Assembly (NCBI GenBank): GCA_023415545.1
Contig: JAEZKJ010000177.1
Location: forward strand, 43,014 to 107,013
Direction of reading: 5' to 3'
Origin: Bacteroidota bacterium
Lineage (GTDB): Bacteria > Bacteroidota > Bacteroidia > Bacteroidales > Bacteroidaceae
DNA: 64,000 nucleotides
Position 1 is the stretch's first letter, and each line of letters starts with the position of its first letter. Made by a program: the position numbers and the translations under genes. Below, piece after piece: positions 40,602 to 49,667 of this stretch. The notes under the pieces are model-generated. The model searched no databases. It was not told the origin of the DNA and saw only the letters and a list, made by a program, of their open reading frames with translations.

Positions 40602-42431
40602 TTAGAAGGATTGCATATCGCATAACTTCTTGTAATATCCATTTAACGCAAGTAGCTCTTCATGTTTACCTCTCTCAACAATCCTTCCTTCGTGAAGAAC
40701 ACAAATTTCATCTGCATTCTTAATAGTAGAAAGACGATGTGCAATAGCAATAGTAGTACGATTCTTCATAAGGTTTTCAAGAGCATCTTGAACCATACGT
40801 TCGCTCTCGGTATCAAGAGCAGAGGTTGCTTCATCGAGGATGAGGATAGGAGGGTTCTTTAATATAGCTCGCGCTATGCTTACTCTCTGTCTTTGACCAC
40901 CGGATAGTTTTCCACCTCTGTCACCTATTTTGGTATTGTATCCATCTTCACTATTAATAATAAACTCGTGAGCATTAGCAATTTTTGCAGCCTCGATTAC
41001 CTGTTCCATTGTAGCATTGTCTACTCCAAAAGAGATGTTGTTGAAGAATGTATCATTGAAAAGAATCGCTTCCTGATTTACATTACCCATAATAGAACGC
41101 AAATCGAATAGAGTAGTATCTTTAACGTTTACTCCATCAATAAGTATCTCTCCCTTAGTAACGTCGTAGTATCTTGGAATTAAATCCACCATTGTAGATT
41201 TACCTGATCCCGACTGTCCAACAAGGGCTATAGTTTTACCTCTATTAATGGTTAAATTGATATTTTGTAATACCCATTTGGTATCATATTTAAAGCTTAC
41301 ATTTTTAAACTCTATCTTATCTTTTAACTGAGTAATATGAGTTGGATTTTCTTTTATTTTCATATTATTCTCAGCTTTCAGGATTTTGTCCACACGCTCC
41401 ATACTAGCTAAGCCTTTTGGTATGTTGTACCCAGCTTTTGAAAACTCTTTCAAAGGATTAATAACACTATAAAGTATAACTAAATAGAAAATAAAAGATG
41501 GAGCAGTGATAGAGTTATTGTTATTTAGAATAAGTGTACCTCCAAACCATAATACAATAACGATTAGAACAGTGCCTAAAAATTCACTCATTGGGTGTGC
41601 TAATTGCTGACGCATATTAACTCTACCAATAGTATTTCGGAATAGATTATTTGAGTTGAGGAAACGGTTATTCATCTTTTTCTCTGCATTGAAAGCTTTA
41701 ATAATTCTAAGCCCACCTAATGTCTCTTCAACTTGCGACATCAAATCACTCCATTGTCCCTGCGCCACCAAGGAACCTCTTTTAAGTTTTTTACCCACTT
41801 GTCCCATTAACCATCCCATCAATGGAAGCACTGCCAATGTAAAGATTGTTAGCTGCCAGCTAACTGCTATCAATGTACCAAAGTAGAATATGATTAAGAT
41901 AGGATTTTTAAATAGCATATCTAATGATGACATTATAGAATTCTCTATCTCATTAACGTCACCACTCATTCGTGCTATTATATCTCCTTTTCGCTCTTCT
42001 GAGAAGAATCCAAGAGGTAAATCCAAAAGTTTCTTATAAACTTTAACTCGAATATCTCTTACTATACCTGTACGTATAGGAATTAGTGTTGCAGAAGAGA
42101 GGAAATAACATCCTGTTTTAAAGAATGTCATAACAGCAAGAAAAAGGCCAAGTAATAGAAGAGTTGTACTTTCCCCATAATCTTTAATTAATTCAGTAAC
42201 GAAATAATAGAAGTTATTAACTACAATATCTTTTAATGAATTGGCTGAATCCCATGGCATAAATGAGTATGAAGCCTCTTGAATTTTGAAAAGAATTTGA
42301 AGTATAGGGATTATAAGTGTAAATGAGAATATATTCAATACTGCAGATAGAATGTTGAATATAATATTTAAGATAAGATATTTTTTGTACGGTGGAATAA
42401 ATCTTCGTAAAATACTTAGGAACTCTTTCAT
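40602..42431 (-). CDS. MsbA-like ABC exporter (fused TMD and NBD)
   Basis: N-terminal TM domain, GQSGSGKST, LSGGQRQR, ILDEATSALD and IAHRLST. Confidence 0.9.
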   Translation of the reverse strand: MKEFLSILRRFIPPYKKYLILNIIFNILSAVLNIFSFTLIIPILQILFKIQEASYSFMPWDSANSLKDIVVNNFYYFVTELIKDYGESTTLLLLGLFLAVMTFFKTGCYFLSSATLIPIRTGIVRDIRVKVYKKLLDLPLGFFSEERKGDIIARMSGDVNEIENSIMSSLDMLFKNPILIIFYFGTLIAVSWQLTIFTLAVLPLMGWLMGQVGKKLKRGSLVAQGQWSDLMSQVEETLGGLRIIKAFNAEKKMNNRFLNSNNLFRNTIGRVNMRQQLAHPMSEFLGTVLIVIVLWFGGTLILNNNNSITAPSFIFYLVILYSVINPLKEFSKAGYNIPKGLASMERVDKILKAENNMKIKENPTHITQLKDKIEFKNVSFKYDTKWVLQNINLTINRGKTIALVGQSGSGKSTMVDLIPRYYDVTKGEILIDGVNVKDTTLFDLRSIMGNVNQEAILFNDTFFNNISFGVDNATMEQVIEAAKIANAHEFIINSEDGYNTKIGDRGGKLSGGQRQRVSIARAILKNPPILILDEATSALDTESERMVQDALENLMKNRTTIAIAHRLSTIKNADEICVLHEGRIVERGKHEELLALNGYYKKLCDMQSF

Positions 42432-42555
42432 GTTTTGTAACTTGGTTATAATTTGACAAAGGTAAGAAAAATAATAATCATAATTCTTACCTTTTTAACC
42501 TTAATGCTGTTCTATAGTACATATTATATGAATCTTTATAAAACTATTGGATGAT

Positions 42556-43767
42556 TCATTTAATTCGTAAATGCTGTCGACTCATTAATATTTGGTAACG
42601 ATAAACCAAACAAGTAGTTATTAAATATACTCCGCACTGTATCCAAAGAGCATGATATCCTATACCTACATCCTGAAGTGATGCACCCATATTATTTATT
42701 TGAACAAACCCGTTAATACCAAATGTAGATGGGAAAATGTAAGATATAATTTTCCAAAAGTCAGGTATTGCTGTTTCCGGCCACGATATGCCGGAAAGAA
42801 AAAGTATAGGAACAGATGTGAAAATATAAACTATCATACATGTCTCGCGATGACGAATAAATATTGAACAGGTCATAGCGAAAAAGATAGAAGAAAGAAG
42901 ATATGGTAAAATAAACATTCCTAATGTCATGGGGTCAGCCAGTTGTGGCAATGAGAATAGTTTAGGAACAATCACAAGAATATAGGTACTCATTATTGCG
43001 TAAACCATAAAGTAAAGCAACGCTTTTCCAAAGACTATACTTAGTGTTCCATGATAATGAGGATCAATAGGTATCACATCTCTTGAATTATTCTTCTCTC
43101 TAACTGTTCCGGCTGCAAGCCCTATACCTAAAAGTAGAGTTTGCTGAATAATGAGTATCAATACAGCAGGAAGAAGAAAACTTGCAAAACCTCCCTGGGT
43201 ATTGAAAAGAGCTATATCTTCGTACGCTATAGGTGAAGTTGCTATTTTATCTTCATAATCTGTACTATTTTCCATTTTTGATATTTTAATCTCTTTATTC
43301 ATAGTAAGCGACGAGTTTGTAGCACTAGTAAGAAGTGCTTTATAATATAACATTCCACTCATGTCGCAAAAAATGCTGACATTAGCTTGTTGACCTTTTG
43401 CTATTCTTTTGGAAAACTCTTTGGGAATATACACAATGCCATATACTTCACCCTTCATCATTGAAACTTTTGCTTCTTCAATGTCTGTTGAATATGTAGC
43501 AATATGAGCATCGGGAGAAGCGTCGAGAAGTTTTAAAAACTTTCGGCTTAAACTTGTGCCATTATTATCTACTGCAGCTATAGGTACCTCACGAATAACT
43601 TCTTTATTATATATATATGTGTATAAAATTGGATAAGCAAGTGGAACTAATATAAAGAATATAATTATACCTTGATCTTTGATTAAAATATTCAGCTCAT
43701 TCATCCAAACAACCAAGATGTCCGAAAAACCTTCTTTTATAATACTATATAAGTTCTTTCTTTTCAT
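42556..43767 (-). CDS. ABC-2-type (YbhR/S-like) permease
   Basis: N-terminal TM, periplasmic domain (VPIAAVD), FLLPAVLILIIQQ and FLSGISWP. Confidence 0.85.
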   Translation of the reverse strand: MKRKNLYSIIKEGFSDILVVWMNELNILIKDQGIIIFFILVPLAYPILYTYIYNKEVIREVPIAAVDNNGTSLSRKFLKLLDASPDAHIATYSTDIEEAKVSMMKGEVYGIVYIPKEFSKRIAKGQQANVSIFCDMSGMLYYKALLTSATNSSLTMNKEIKISKMENSTDYEDKIATSPIAYEDIALFNTQGGFASFLLPAVLILIIQQTLLLGIGLAAGTVREKNNSRDVIPIDPHYHGTLSIVFGKALLYFMVYAIMSTYILVIVPKLFSLPQLADPMTLGMFILPYLLSSIFFAMTCSIFIRHRETCMIVYIFTSVPILFLSGISWPETAIPDFWKIISYIFPSTFGINGFVQINNMGASLQDVGIGYHALWIQCGVYLITTCLVYRYQILMSRQHLRIK

Positions 43768-43778
43768 CGCAATTTATC

Positions 43779-44948
43779 TTAAGGAATATATACATAATTG
43801 AGCATTGTATTCTTAAGCCTCTTAAGTATGAAAAGAGGAAGAATAGTAAAAAGTAACATTATAGTTATCGGCAGCCATGCATATATTGCAGGGTATCCAT
43901 GTAGAGCGAAGTTAACATATAGAAGAAAATAACTTCTTAATGGGAAAAGATATGCTAATGTTTGAATAGGAGCATCCATAGCCATTACAGGAAAACTCAT
44001 TCCTGATATAGAAAAAGATAATACTCCCCACAAACAACCAATACTAAGAGCAAGACGAAGTGATGGGACAAGCCCAATAAGGAACAAGCCGAATCCTTGA
44101 GATGCCAATACAAGAAGTAGACCTATTAATATCATAGCGAAAATGCCACTGTTACAAGGGAAGTTTAGGAAACTATATAAATAAACATTATAAAGCAGAG
44201 ACATTATGAAGAAGATTATTGTTTGTGGTAGTAATTTCCCTATAACAGCAATAACTATCGATCCACCCGATTTCTCAATCCACTCTTTCTGTGTTCCGAA
44301 TTTCAATTCACTTCCTACAGAGTATATAGTTGTTAGAAATATCATTAACATTAATATACCGGGAATGATGGAGTTACTAAGGTATATTGAGTAGTTGAGA
44401 GTGGGATTATCAATAGCATGAGTATCAATAACAATAGGTTGGATAAAATTTATAATCTGTTTTTCATTTACTCCCTTTCCTCGCAAAGAGGCACGTGTTA
44501 TAGCACCGCTAGCAAGTTCGGACATGATTCTCAAATCTTTATATAGTAAAGAACCGGCAACTAGATATGAATGATTGGTGTAAAATGATATTTTGGGTTG
44601 TCGGCCGGATATGGCTCTCTCGGTTGTGCCTTTGGGTATATATAAAAAAGCATATATCTCATTTTTTTGCATAGCCTTTCGTGCTTGCGTGAAATCAGAA
44701 TATTCCTCAATAACTTTTGTGTTTTGGAAAGCATCAAGGTTTCTTATGATACTTCTAGTTGTTCCGGTGTTATCCAAATCAACTATACCTATAGGCATAT
44801 CCGAAGGTAATCCACTCCACATAAGTGTAGTAAAGAATATATAGCAAAATATGGGAGCTACTATCATTGAGAGAAGGTATATAGGCTTTGTCGCTACAGA
44901 TAATAGCTCTCGCTTGGCAATTATATATAATTGTCTGAATATTGACAT
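43779..44948 (-). CDS. ABC-2-type (YbhR/S-like) permease
   Basis: IAKREL, PIGIVDLD, NPTLNYSIYL, GKLLP and SGMSFPV. Confidence 0.85.
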   Translation of the reverse strand: MSIFRQLYIIAKRELLSVATKPIYLLSMIVAPIFCYIFFTTLMWSGLPSDMPIGIVDLDNTGTTRSIIRNLDAFQNTKVIEEYSDFTQARKAMQKNEIYAFLYIPKGTTERAISGRQPKISFYTNHSYLVAGSLLYKDLRIMSELASGAITRASLRGKGVNEKQIINFIQPIVIDTHAIDNPTLNYSIYLSNSIIPGILMLMIFLTTIYSVGSELKFGTQKEWIEKSGGSIVIAVIGKLLPQTIIFFIMSLLYNVYLYSFLNFPCNSGIFAMILIGLLLVLASQGFGLFLIGLVPSLRLALSIGCLWGVLSFSISGMSFPVMAMDAPIQTLAYLFPLRSYFLLYVNFALHGYPAIYAWLPITIMLLFTILPLFILKRLKNTMLNYVYIP

Positions 44949-44957
44949 TGTAAGTTT

Positions 44958-45950
44958 TTATTTCTTTTTCTCAATAACAACCGACATACCTGGTCGTAAA
45001 GATGGTATTTTATTAACAGGTATAGCTTTTACTTGAAAAGTCTTTAAATCGTATCCACCAGTCGATTTTGTTGCTTTCCATACTGCATAAGTACCCAAAT
45101 CTTTCATAAATATTATTTTGAAAGTTTCGTCTCTGTTTAGTGATGGTACGAAAGCTTTTACCTCTTCTCCCACATTAAAACTGTGTAAGTAATCTTCACG
45201 TACATTGAATGTAACCCATATATTCTCCAATTGAGTTATAGTCATAATAGGAGCACCGGAACCAACTAATTCGCCAGGTTTTGAGTATATTTCTGTAACT
45301 TCTCCATCACAAGGTGCTATAAGTGTTGTTTCACTAATATATGAATTTACCTCGGATACTGCACCCTTAGCTCTTACAACTTGTGCTTCAGCAGCTGCTT
45401 TATCTTCTCTTTGTGCTCCATTTTTTGCCATTGTATATTGTGAGTGAGCAGCTTTTTCGGTAGCTATCATAGCATCATATTGAGCTTTTGCTTCATCTCT
45501 TTTTTGAGCAGACATTACTCCTTGTTCATATAGATTATTTACTCGTGTATAAGATTTTTGAGCTATCTCAAGACCGGCTTTAGCTTTTTGCCACATCTCA
45601 TAAGCCGATTGTATTTGTTCGTAACGAGTACCATTTTTTGCTTTATCACTTATTGCTTGAGCAGCCATTTGTGCAGCTTCAGCCTGAGAGAGTTTAGCTT
45701 TTATTTCCGGTGCTTCTAAAATAACAAGTGTATCTCCTTTCTTTACTTTATTACCCTCGCTGACTTTAAACTCAACTATTCGAGATGGGACTTTGCTCGA
45801 AATTCTATATTCATCAGCTTCTGCTTCTCCTTGAATATATTCACTTCCGCTTGACAGAGTAAAAAAACCAATAATAGCTACAATTATTATTATGGCTATA
45901 AATAAAATAAGTGATAGCAATATATTGCTCTTTTGAGATCTTCCTAACAT
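44958..45950 (-). CDS. HlyD-family membrane fusion protein
   Basis: N-terminal TM, lipoyl-like VSEGNKVKKGDTL, coiled coil, APCDGEV and LRPGMSV. Confidence 0.9.
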   Translation of the reverse strand: MLGRSQKSNILLSLILFIAIIIIVAIIGFFTLSSGSEYIQGEAEADEYRISSKVPSRIVEFKVSEGNKVKKGDTLVILEAPEIKAKLSQAEAAQMAAQAISDKAKNGTRYEQIQSAYEMWQKAKAGLEIAQKSYTRVNNLYEQGVMSAQKRDEAKAQYDAMIATEKAAHSQYTMAKNGAQREDKAAAEAQVVRAKGAVSEVNSYISETTLIAPCDGEVTEIYSKPGELVGSGAPIMTITQLENIWVTFNVREDYLHSFNVGEEVKAFVPSLNRDETFKIIFMKDLGTYAVWKATKSTGGYDLKTFQVKAIPVNKIPSLRPGMSVVIEKKK

Positions 45951-45957
45951 ATCTTTT

Positions 45958-47424
45958 CTATTTTAAAATACCTAAAGTCTTACGTAAATATACCTCTGAA
46001 AGTATTATATCTATTTGAGAATCTATTTTGTTTGATTGAGCCATTAGCCACGCAGTCTGTGCTTCAAGAACATTGCTAGTTGGTATTACTCCCTCTTTAA
46101 AACTCAAATTAGCATATCTAAGATTTTCGTCTGCTTTTTCTAGATTTTTCTTTGATAAAAAATATCTTTTTTCAGCCTCTTTAATTTTAAATTTTGCTTG
46201 ATTAACCTGCAATTCAATTTTTTCTTTAGCTTCTTCCAAATTATATTTAGCAATATTTGCCTCAGCTTTAGCTGATTTCATTTTATAAAAGCCTTCACCC
46301 CAACTCCATATTGGTATATTAATAACTGCTCCCACAGCCCAGTTCCCTCTAAATTTTCTTTCGAAGCCATTATATAAAGAAGGATTGGAGATTAGATAAT
46401 TTCCTGTTAGCGCCAATGATGGCAACAATTCAGCACGAGACACATTAATTTTTTGATTGTAAATTTTTGATGCGTACTCTAAACTCTTAATTTCCGGTCT
46501 ATTATTCATTGCTGTTTGGACTATACCTTCCTCTGGTATTGAAGAAATAGATATATCTTGAATATCTTCATCGGCTAGTGTAATATCCGAATCTATTGGT
46601 AGTCCACAAAGTTGGCAAAGAACCATTTTTGATAGGATAACACCATCTTCAGCTTGAAGTAGCTTCATCTCTGCTTCATTAACCTTAACACTTACACTTA
46701 GCCCATCAGTTGTAGTTGCTACACCTTCAGCAATCATCTTCTTAATGTCATCATCAAGTTTCTTGACTAGATTAAGATAACTTTCAGCAAGTTTCTTCTT
46801 GTTTATAACTGAAATTACCTGCCAATAAGCTTGATCAGTACTAAGAATCAACTCCTCAAGTGCCCTGTTATGTTCTGTCTTTGCAATCTCTTCAGCATAT
46901 TTAGTGATTTTGTTGTAAGCAGCAATTTTCCCTCCCATATAAATAGGTTGAGTAAGTGTTATTGCTCCAGCAAACATATTTTTGGTATCGGTATGTAAAG
47001 CGTCTACAAGACCCGCACCGATGTTGTTTAGCGAATTCCCAATTTCAGGAATTAATGGAGATAAAGGAGATAGCAATTGTGCAAGCCCTGGATTTGCTGT
47101 AACCAATTGTTGGATTGTCTCTTGTAGCTTTACTTGAGTAGAGCTACCAATTAATGGAAGATTAGTTTTTTGCTCATCATTAAGAAGTGATATCTCTTTT
47201 TGGGTACGCATATATGTACCCATGGCACTTATTTTAGGGAGAAAATTAGTAAAACTTGCCTTGTTGTCGTAATGTGCAGCAACAATCTTTTCATTATGTA
47301 TTTTCAGGCTTTTATTAAATTTTATTGCCATATAACGACAGCTGTCTAAACTCAAAATGTTCTGACTAAAGAGGTTAGACGCAATAACCATACAGAAAGT
47401 AAAACCTAATATCTTTTTCATCAA
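45958..47424 (-). CDS. TolC-family outer-membrane efflux protein
   Basis: Signal peptide, LTQPIYMGGKI, RPEI, IPIWSWG and VLEAQTAW. TTG start at 47424 or ATG at 47421. Confidence 0.9.
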   Translation of the reverse strand: MMKKILGFTFCMVIASNLFSQNILSLDSCRYMAIKFNKSLKIHNEKIVAAHYDNKASFTNFLPKISAMGTYMRTQKEISLLNDEQKTNLPLIGSSTQVKLQETIQQLVTANPGLAQLLSPLSPLIPEIGNSLNNIGAGLVDALHTDTKNMFAGAITLTQPIYMGGKIAAYNKITKYAEEIAKTEHNRALEELILSTDQAYWQVISVINKKKLAESYLNLVKKLDDDIKKMIAEGVATTTDGLSVSVKVNEAEMKLLQAEDGVILSKMVLCQLCGLPIDSDITLADEDIQDISISSIPEEGIVQTAMNNRPEIKSLEYASKIYNQKINVSRAELLPSLALTGNYLISNPSLYNGFERKFRGNWAVGAVINIPIWSWGEGFYKMKSAKAEANIAKYNLEEAKEKIELQVNQAKFKIKEAEKRYFLSKKNLEKADENLRYANLSFKEGVIPTSNVLEAQTAWLMAQSNKIDSQIDIILSEVYLRKTLGILK

Positions 47425-47523
47425 TAAAAAATAGTTTGTTAATTAACTAGTTGTTAATATGATGTAAAGATATTATATAACTGATAATATTATCATACAA
47501 ATTTGAAAAAATGTATAAAAAAA

Positions 47524-47567
47524 CTCCTTAATAGTATTACATAAGTTTGTAAAATACTATTAAGGAG
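47524..47567 (-). terminator. Intrinsic terminator
   Basis: 15-bp stem CTCCTTAATAGTATT...AATACTATTAAGGAG preceded by an A-run. Confidence 0.75.
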
Positions 47568-47590
47568 CTTATATATCACAATGATGTGTT

Positions 47591-48454
47591 CTATTTTAAA
47601 GAGAATGATTTTTGACCAATCATATTTCCTTCAGCAAAAATATAAACATTGTATTTACCAGCAGGAAGATATTCCTGAACATCCCAATATACGGTAACAT
47701 TCTGCTCTTCACCGGTATATTCAATATATTTTTTAATTGAATACTCTAATGATCGATTCTCATAATTAAATGTAGAGTTCCCAGTTGTCAATATCTCATT
47801 ATCAGGTTTAGCTATTCTAATATATAAAGTACGTTCGCCTGTTTCGGCTGTTATGTTCTTAACAATAGAGAATGATATAGCCAGTTTTTTTATTTTACTT
47901 ACCTTTTCAGTCTCTTTCCCTCGTTTATCTTTTCCAATTACTGAAATGTTTGTTGCATCTAATTGAGCTGCTAAAGATACTTTTTTATCAAGATTCTTTT
48001 TCTCTTCAGCTAAGCTATTAATTTGGTTAGTAGCTTGTGAATATTTCTTCTTTACCTCTTTGTTCTCATTAACAAGGGCTTCATTAAGCCTATTTAATGA
48101 ATCTATTTGGATGATATATGTACGAAGTACTGCTCGGACAGTTTTTAACTCTTTCTTTAATCTTGAAATTTCAGCAGCATCAGTTGTCTTTACTTGTCTT
48201 AGCTCTTCGAGTAACCTCTGAGTTTTTAACTTTTCACTCTCTAGTTTCTCTCTTAAAGAATCATTATTTATCTGTATCTGAAGTTCATCATATTGTGTAG
48301 CAAAAGAGTTATATTCATTCTCCATCTCTTCTTTATCAAGAGCAAATAGTTGAACCATCTCTTTATTCTCGTTATGTTGTTTGAAAGAATAGTAGGTCAA
48401 TCCTCCCACAATAATAAGAAGTAAGACAATTATGATTACTAGTTTTTTGTTCAT
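47591..48454 (-). CDS. Hypothetical protein: N-terminal membrane anchor, long coiled coil, C-terminal beta-sandwich
   Basis: Hydrophobic N-terminus, about 130 aa of heptad-rich helix, then a beta-rich domain ending LPAGKYNVYIF. Confidence 0.75.
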   Translation of the reverse strand: MNKKLVIIIVLLLIIVGGLTYYSFKQHNENKEMVQLFALDKEEMENEYNSFATQYDELQIQINNDSLREKLESEKLKTQRLLEELRQVKTTDAAEISRLKKELKTVRAVLRTYIIQIDSLNRLNEALVNENKEVKKKYSQATNQINSLAEEKKNLDKKVSLAAQLDATNISVIGKDKRGKETEKVSKIKKLAISFSIVKNITAETGERTLYIRIAKPDNEILTTGNSTFNYENRSLEYSIKKYIEYTGEEQNVTVYWDVQEYLPAGKYNVYIFAEGNMIGQKSFSLK

Positions 48455-48616
48455 ATCAGTTTTATAAAAAAAATTATGAGCAAAAATACAATAATTTGTC
48501 TTTTATGACATAAATAAATATGGAAATTTTTCTTCAATTAATTATATCATTGTACATTTGCCTATCTTTAGAGATAGAAAATAAAATTATACATTATTTT
48601 AAAATAGAAAATTATT

Positions 48617-49558
48617 ATGTCAAAAGTAACAGTAGTAGGCGCAGGTAATGTTGGAGCTACATGTGCAAATGTATTAGCTTTCAATGAGGTTGCTGATGAA
48701 GTTGTAATGCTTGATGTTAAAGAGGGTGTTTCCGAAGGAAAAGCAATGGATATGATGCAGACAGCTCAACTTTTGGGCTTCGACACAACCATTGTAGGTT
48801 GTACTAATGATTATGAGCAAACAGCAAACTCAGATGTTGTTGTTATCACATCAGGTATTCCTCGTAAACCAGGTATGACTCGTGAAGAGTTGATCGGTGT
48901 TAATGCAGGTATCGTTAAATCAGTAGCTGAAAATATTCTTAAGTACTCTCCAAATGCTATTATCGTAGTTATTTCAAACCCAATGGATACTATGACTTAC
49001 TTAGCATTGAAATCTCTTGGCTTGCCAAAGAACAAAATCATCGGTATGGGTGGTGCTCTTGACAGCTCACGTTTCAAATATTTCTTGTCACAAGCTTTGA
49101 AATGTAATGCTAATGAGGTAGAAGGTATGGTAATTGGTGGCCACGGTGATACAACTATGATTCCTCTTACTCGTTTTGCTACTTACAAAGGTCTTCCTGT
49201 AAGCAACTTCCTTTCTGCTGAGAAACTTGAAGAGGTAGCTGCTGCTACAATGGTTGGTGGTGCAACTCTTACTAAACTTCTTGGTACTTCTGCTTGGTAT
49301 GCACCAGGTGCTGCTGGAGCATTCGTTGTTGAATCAATAATCCACGATCAAAAGAAGATGATTCCTTGCTCTGTAATGCTTGAGGGTGAATATGGTGAAT
49401 CAGACATTTGCTGTGGTGTACCAGTTATCTTAGGTAAGAATGGTATTGAGGAGATTGTTGAACTTCCTTTGAACGAAGAAGAGAAAGCTAAATTTGCTGC
49501 TAGTGCTGCTGCAGTACGCCAAACAAATGCTGCTCTTAAAGAAGTAGGTGCTCTTTAA
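48617..49558 (+). CDS. mdh: Malate dehydrogenase (LDH-like)
   Basis: GAGNVG, PRKPGMTR, SNPMD, LDSSR and GGHGD. Confidence 0.97.
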   Translation: MSKVTVVGAGNVGATCANVLAFNEVADEVVMLDVKEGVSEGKAMDMMQTAQLLGFDTTIVGCTNDYEQTANSDVVVITSGIPRKPGMTREELIGVNAGIVKSVAENILKYSPNAIIVVISNPMDTMTYLALKSLGLPKNKIIGMGGALDSSRFKYFLSQALKCNANEVEGMVIGGHGDTTMIPLTRFATYKGLPVSNFLSAEKLEEVAAATMVGGATLTKLLGTSAWYAPGAAGAFVVESIIHDQKKMIPCSVMLEGEYGESDICCGVPVILGKNGIEEIVELPLNEEEKAKFAASAAAVRQTNAALKEVGAL

Positions 49559-49602
49559 TAGAACATAGAGAGTGTATATAAAGCACTCTATATAAATAAC
49601 TA

Positions 49603-49637
49603 ATCCCTGCTAGAGAACTCTAGCAGGGATATTTTTT
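49603..49637 (+). terminator. Intrinsic terminator after mdh
   Basis: ATCCCTGCTAGAG-aa-CTCTAGCAGGGAT followed by a T-run. Confidence 0.85.
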
Positions 49638-49667
49638 ATATGGCTATTGTAGCACTCTCTTTTCTTT

